Below are positions 35,571 through 37,938 of a stretch of DNA of 37,938 bases, piece by piece (within the stretch, counting starts at the first letter, position 1; every line of letters starts with the position of its first letter). The stretch is taken from IMG/VR virus record IMGVR_UViG_2778261139_000008; one strand, written 5' to 3'. The notes below the pieces were generated by a model. That model was given only the letters and a program-made list of their open reading frames with translations, was not told the DNA's origin and searched no databases. The DNA comes from a virus. Lineage: Duplodnaviria; Heunggongvirae; Uroviricota; Caudoviricetes. Position numbers and translations under genes: made by a program.

Positions 35571-37661
35571 TCAGGCCAGCGGGTCATTTTCTTTTAATTT
35601 CGCTTCCAGCAACTGCAATCCCCGCTGGAAATTACGCTCGTATTCTTCATCAGGTTCATCGTCAGCGACCGGTTGCTGAACGGTCACCGTATTACCCACA
35701 GGGCGGTATATGTTTTCCAGCCAGGGCTCCTGCGGCTTGTGCTCCAGCACGTTGACAACCTCATCCTCGGCATCACGGATTTTTTCCTCTGCGCGTTTAC
35801 GCATGCCTTTAAGGCGTTGCTGCTGTTTGTAGTATTCCGCGCTAACCGGGAAGGCTTCGCGTTTATTACCGTCCCATACCGCCTCGCAAATCACGCTGCC
35901 ATCCAGGCGACGTACGGTAATTCGTTCGGCATCATGAATGTCATAGCTGATAAGCACCTTACGACCATGCTCGTCACGCAGCTCGGGCGCGTAGTAAATA
36001 TTATTCAGCCAGCGTATTTCACAGCGTCTTACAGGGCGTTCCACCATCGGCCGGAACATATCCCGCAGCTCAACATCGGACAGCCATTCAATTTCCGTGT
36101 CCTCTTCCGCCAGGCGTTTTTTTCTGAACTCCGCCGGGCTGTAATGCTTGCCGTTCGGCTTCACCGGTAATTCATCGTGCGGCCGGTTGTTGTACCACTC
36201 AACACCGTCACGAATGGCATCAATCAGTTCAGACCAGGACGGTAAATCACGCATCGCTGACTGCTGCCGGGCGTTCAGCCGTTTGCCCTGTTGCAGGGCA
36301 GTAAATGCCGAGCGTAAATCGCGGTTGGTTTTGCGTAACGTCTCGCGATCTGCACCTTTCCCGAAATAGGTGCGGTATTTACGGGCTATGCGCATCGGTA
36401 ATGTGCGGTTAAGCCGTTCGATAATGCCTCGTCCCTGCGGATTACCGGCAATCCCGGTCGGGTGATTAATCCCCAGTCGCGGCAGTATCCCCACAACCTC
36501 CTTATCCAGGATGTCGGCGGTTTCCCCGGAGCCGTTATCCGAGTAATACAGAAACGGTTTGCCGTGATGGCGAATGCCGTGCTGTATGGCACCGGCTACG
36601 GCGAAAACATTTTCAGCCAGGTCAAGGCTCCAGCCCACCACAAAGCGCGTGCCACCGTCGATAACAAAGGTCACTTCCGGTGCAAATGGCCGACCGTGAA
36701 CCGGGTGTGCGCATTTCAGCTTCATGCCGTGACCGTCACCAATCCAGACATAATTCACCGGCATTCTGGACCAGTCGCGGCGCGTGAATCCCTCAAGCTG
36801 GCGGTATTCACTGCCGGTCACCCGGCCTTTTTGTTTCACCACTTCCGGCAGTTTCTTCATTGCGCGGCGAATGGTGTCATAAGACGGCATGATATCGAGC
36901 ATATAAGGCTCATCAGCGTGCCGGTGCTGCCATTCAGCGACAAAATCCTCGTAAGCCTCGGTCATTGGTCGGCCGTTTGACTGGCGATACTGCGCCAGAA
37001 ATTCGGGCAGCCAGTTAATATCTTCGGCTTTTATTTCCTGGCGCTTACCCGGTGCCAGTAAAAGCAGGCGTTCAGCGGCGTTCTGCGCCTTGTTAAAGGC
37101 CGCAATCCAGCGTTTCAGCGTTATTTCACTCAACGCACGGCTGTTTCCCTTTTTGGCGTTCGCCGTCTCAACCATTGCCACAATGCGCTCGTCCAGTTGC
37201 GAACGTGCCAGGTTGTCAACGATAAACCGGATAGCTTTCGCACAGCTGAAACCGGGTTGTTGCGCGACTTTCATCACTTCGCTGACGATCGCAATTCGTG
37301 CATCAGCCACCTGGCGCTGGTTTTCAGTCAGGGCATTAAGGCGTTCAACCATCAGTTGTGGTGATCCGCGATATGCCTCCACCGCATCAACCACGGCAGG
37401 CGAGCGTCTGGCCTTTGTCACCACCGGAGCCGGTGATTCATCAGCTTTTTGCGTCATCAGTTGAAGGGCATAACGTTCACGCAATACTTGTTGCGCGCCA
37501 GAAGGCAAACAATCGATATTAAATTCGATTGCTTTTGTCCCCTTACGTTTGCGTAACATGGCTGCATTTCCCGCAGCTGCTTTTGTGAGTCGATGGCGAA
37601 TGTTATGTTCCATCATTGGTAAATCAGGAAGACCAACACATTCTTTTGCTGTTACCCACAT
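35571..37661 (-). CDS. A: DDE transposase A (MuA-like)
   Basis: 696 aa; N-terminus MWVTAKEC.GLP… parallels Mu A (…WVSPKECANLPGLP…); size and position between ner and B. Confidence 0.95.
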   Translation of the reverse strand: MWVTAKECVGLPDLPMMEHNIRHRLTKAAAGNAAMLRKRKGTKAIEFNIDCLPSGAQQVLRERYALQLMTQKADESPAPVVTKARRSPAVVDAVEAYRGSPQLMVERLNALTENQRQVADARIAIVSEVMKVAQQPGFSCAKAIRFIVDNLARSQLDERIVAMVETANAKKGNSRALSEITLKRWIAAFNKAQNAAERLLLLAPGKRQEIKAEDINWLPEFLAQYRQSNGRPMTEAYEDFVAEWQHRHADEPYMLDIMPSYDTIRRAMKKLPEVVKQKGRVTGSEYRQLEGFTRRDWSRMPVNYVWIGDGHGMKLKCAHPVHGRPFAPEVTFVIDGGTRFVVGWSLDLAENVFAVAGAIQHGIRHHGKPFLYYSDNGSGETADILDKEVVGILPRLGINHPTGIAGNPQGRGIIERLNRTLPMRIARKYRTYFGKGADRETLRKTNRDLRSAFTALQQGKRLNARQQSAMRDLPSWSELIDAIRDGVEWYNNRPHDELPVKPNGKHYSPAEFRKKRLAEEDTEIEWLSDVELRDMFRPMVERPVRRCEIRWLNNIYYAPELRDEHGRKVLISYDIHDAERITVRRLDGSVICEAVWDGNKREAFPVSAEYYKQQQRLKGMRKRAEEKIRDAEDEVVNVLEHKPQEPWLENIYRPVGNTVTVQQPVADDEPDEEYERNFQRGLQLLEAKLKENDPLA

Positions 37662-37671
37662 ACATCCCCCA

Positions 37672-37938
37672 TCAAGCCACTTCTCTGGCGTCCACCTGGT
37701 ATCTGCTGGGCCAGATTACAGCAGGTTCAACCCCTATTTTTTCGGCGATGGCGGCTTCGTATTTACGGCACTGGCGGTAAAACACATTGCGCATTGATCC
37801 GCTTTTTAATCCTAACTCCCTTTCCAGTTCAGGGAGGTCTGTGCCTTTGTTTTCAAGGGCTGCATATACCGCTTTAGCAGACCAGTCACACCCCTCTCGA
37901 ACAAACAAATTATTCGATGCTTGTCTGGATACCCTCAT
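37672..37938 (-). CDS. ner: Ner-like DNA-binding early regulator
   Basis: C-terminal …EPAVIWPSRYQ… matches the Ner/Nlp signature. ATG is formed by the last three bases of the window, so the true start could lie beyond the edge. Confidence 0.8.
   Translation of the reverse strand: MRVSRQASNNLFVREGCDWSAKAVYAALENKGTDLPELERELGLKSGSMRNVFYRQCRKYEAAIAEKIGVEPAVIWPSRYQVDAREVA

Larger units (their letters stand above)
230..37938 (-). mobile_element. Mu-like transposable prophage (Muvirus-type), right end to ner; c repressor and left end outside the window
   Basis: Collinear Mu gene order on the minus strand: ner, DDE transposase A, B, gam, Mor/C, lys, terminase, portal, F, G, I, T, sheath, tube, tape measure, N, P, baseplate, S/U, gin, com, mom. 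The left boundary (~230) is approximate. Confidence 0.9.

Noticed and set aside
1-37938. CRISPR arrays, rRNA genes, integrase/att-tRNA type integration
   Set aside because: No short regular direct repeats with spacers, no rRNA-like sequence, and no tyrosine integrase; mobility is transposase-based.

Overview
Almost the whole window (approx. 230-37938) is a Mu-like (Muvirus-type) transposable prophage read in reverse, with all core genes on the minus strand. From high to low coordinates: ner, transposase A, target-DNA activator B, a run of small early (semi-essential region) genes including Gam and a GemA-like protein, a Mor/C-family activator, a lysis cassette (SAR-type endolysin, overlapped i-/o-spanins, TraR-like zinc finger, small membrane protein), small and large terminase, portal, F, G, protease/scaffold I, major head T, head-completion proteins, tail sheath, tube, chaperone, tape measure, N, P, baseplate proteins, then tail fibre S and tail-fibre assembly protein U inside a Gin-invertible segment bounded by two recognisable gix sites, gin, a non-Mu cargo insertion (682-aa SGNH/SASA-type esterase, two small ORFs, a convergent zinc-ribbon ORF), com-mom and the phage right end with GATAC-type repeats. 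The first ~230 bp look like host flank with a truncated ORF. The c repressor and left end lie beyond the right edge. No rRNA, functional tRNA or CRISPR array was found. Most worth a second look: the esterase cargo island between gin and com-mom, the atypical single-tfa invertible tail-fibre switch, and AT-rich blocks of small unknown genes in the early region. No multi-gene system with recognisable defence hallmarks (ATPase/nuclease) was seen; the candidates are small unknown ORFs. All assignments come from reading translated ORFs and motifs by eye; no database search was run, so family names are recollection-based and start codons are partly uncertain.
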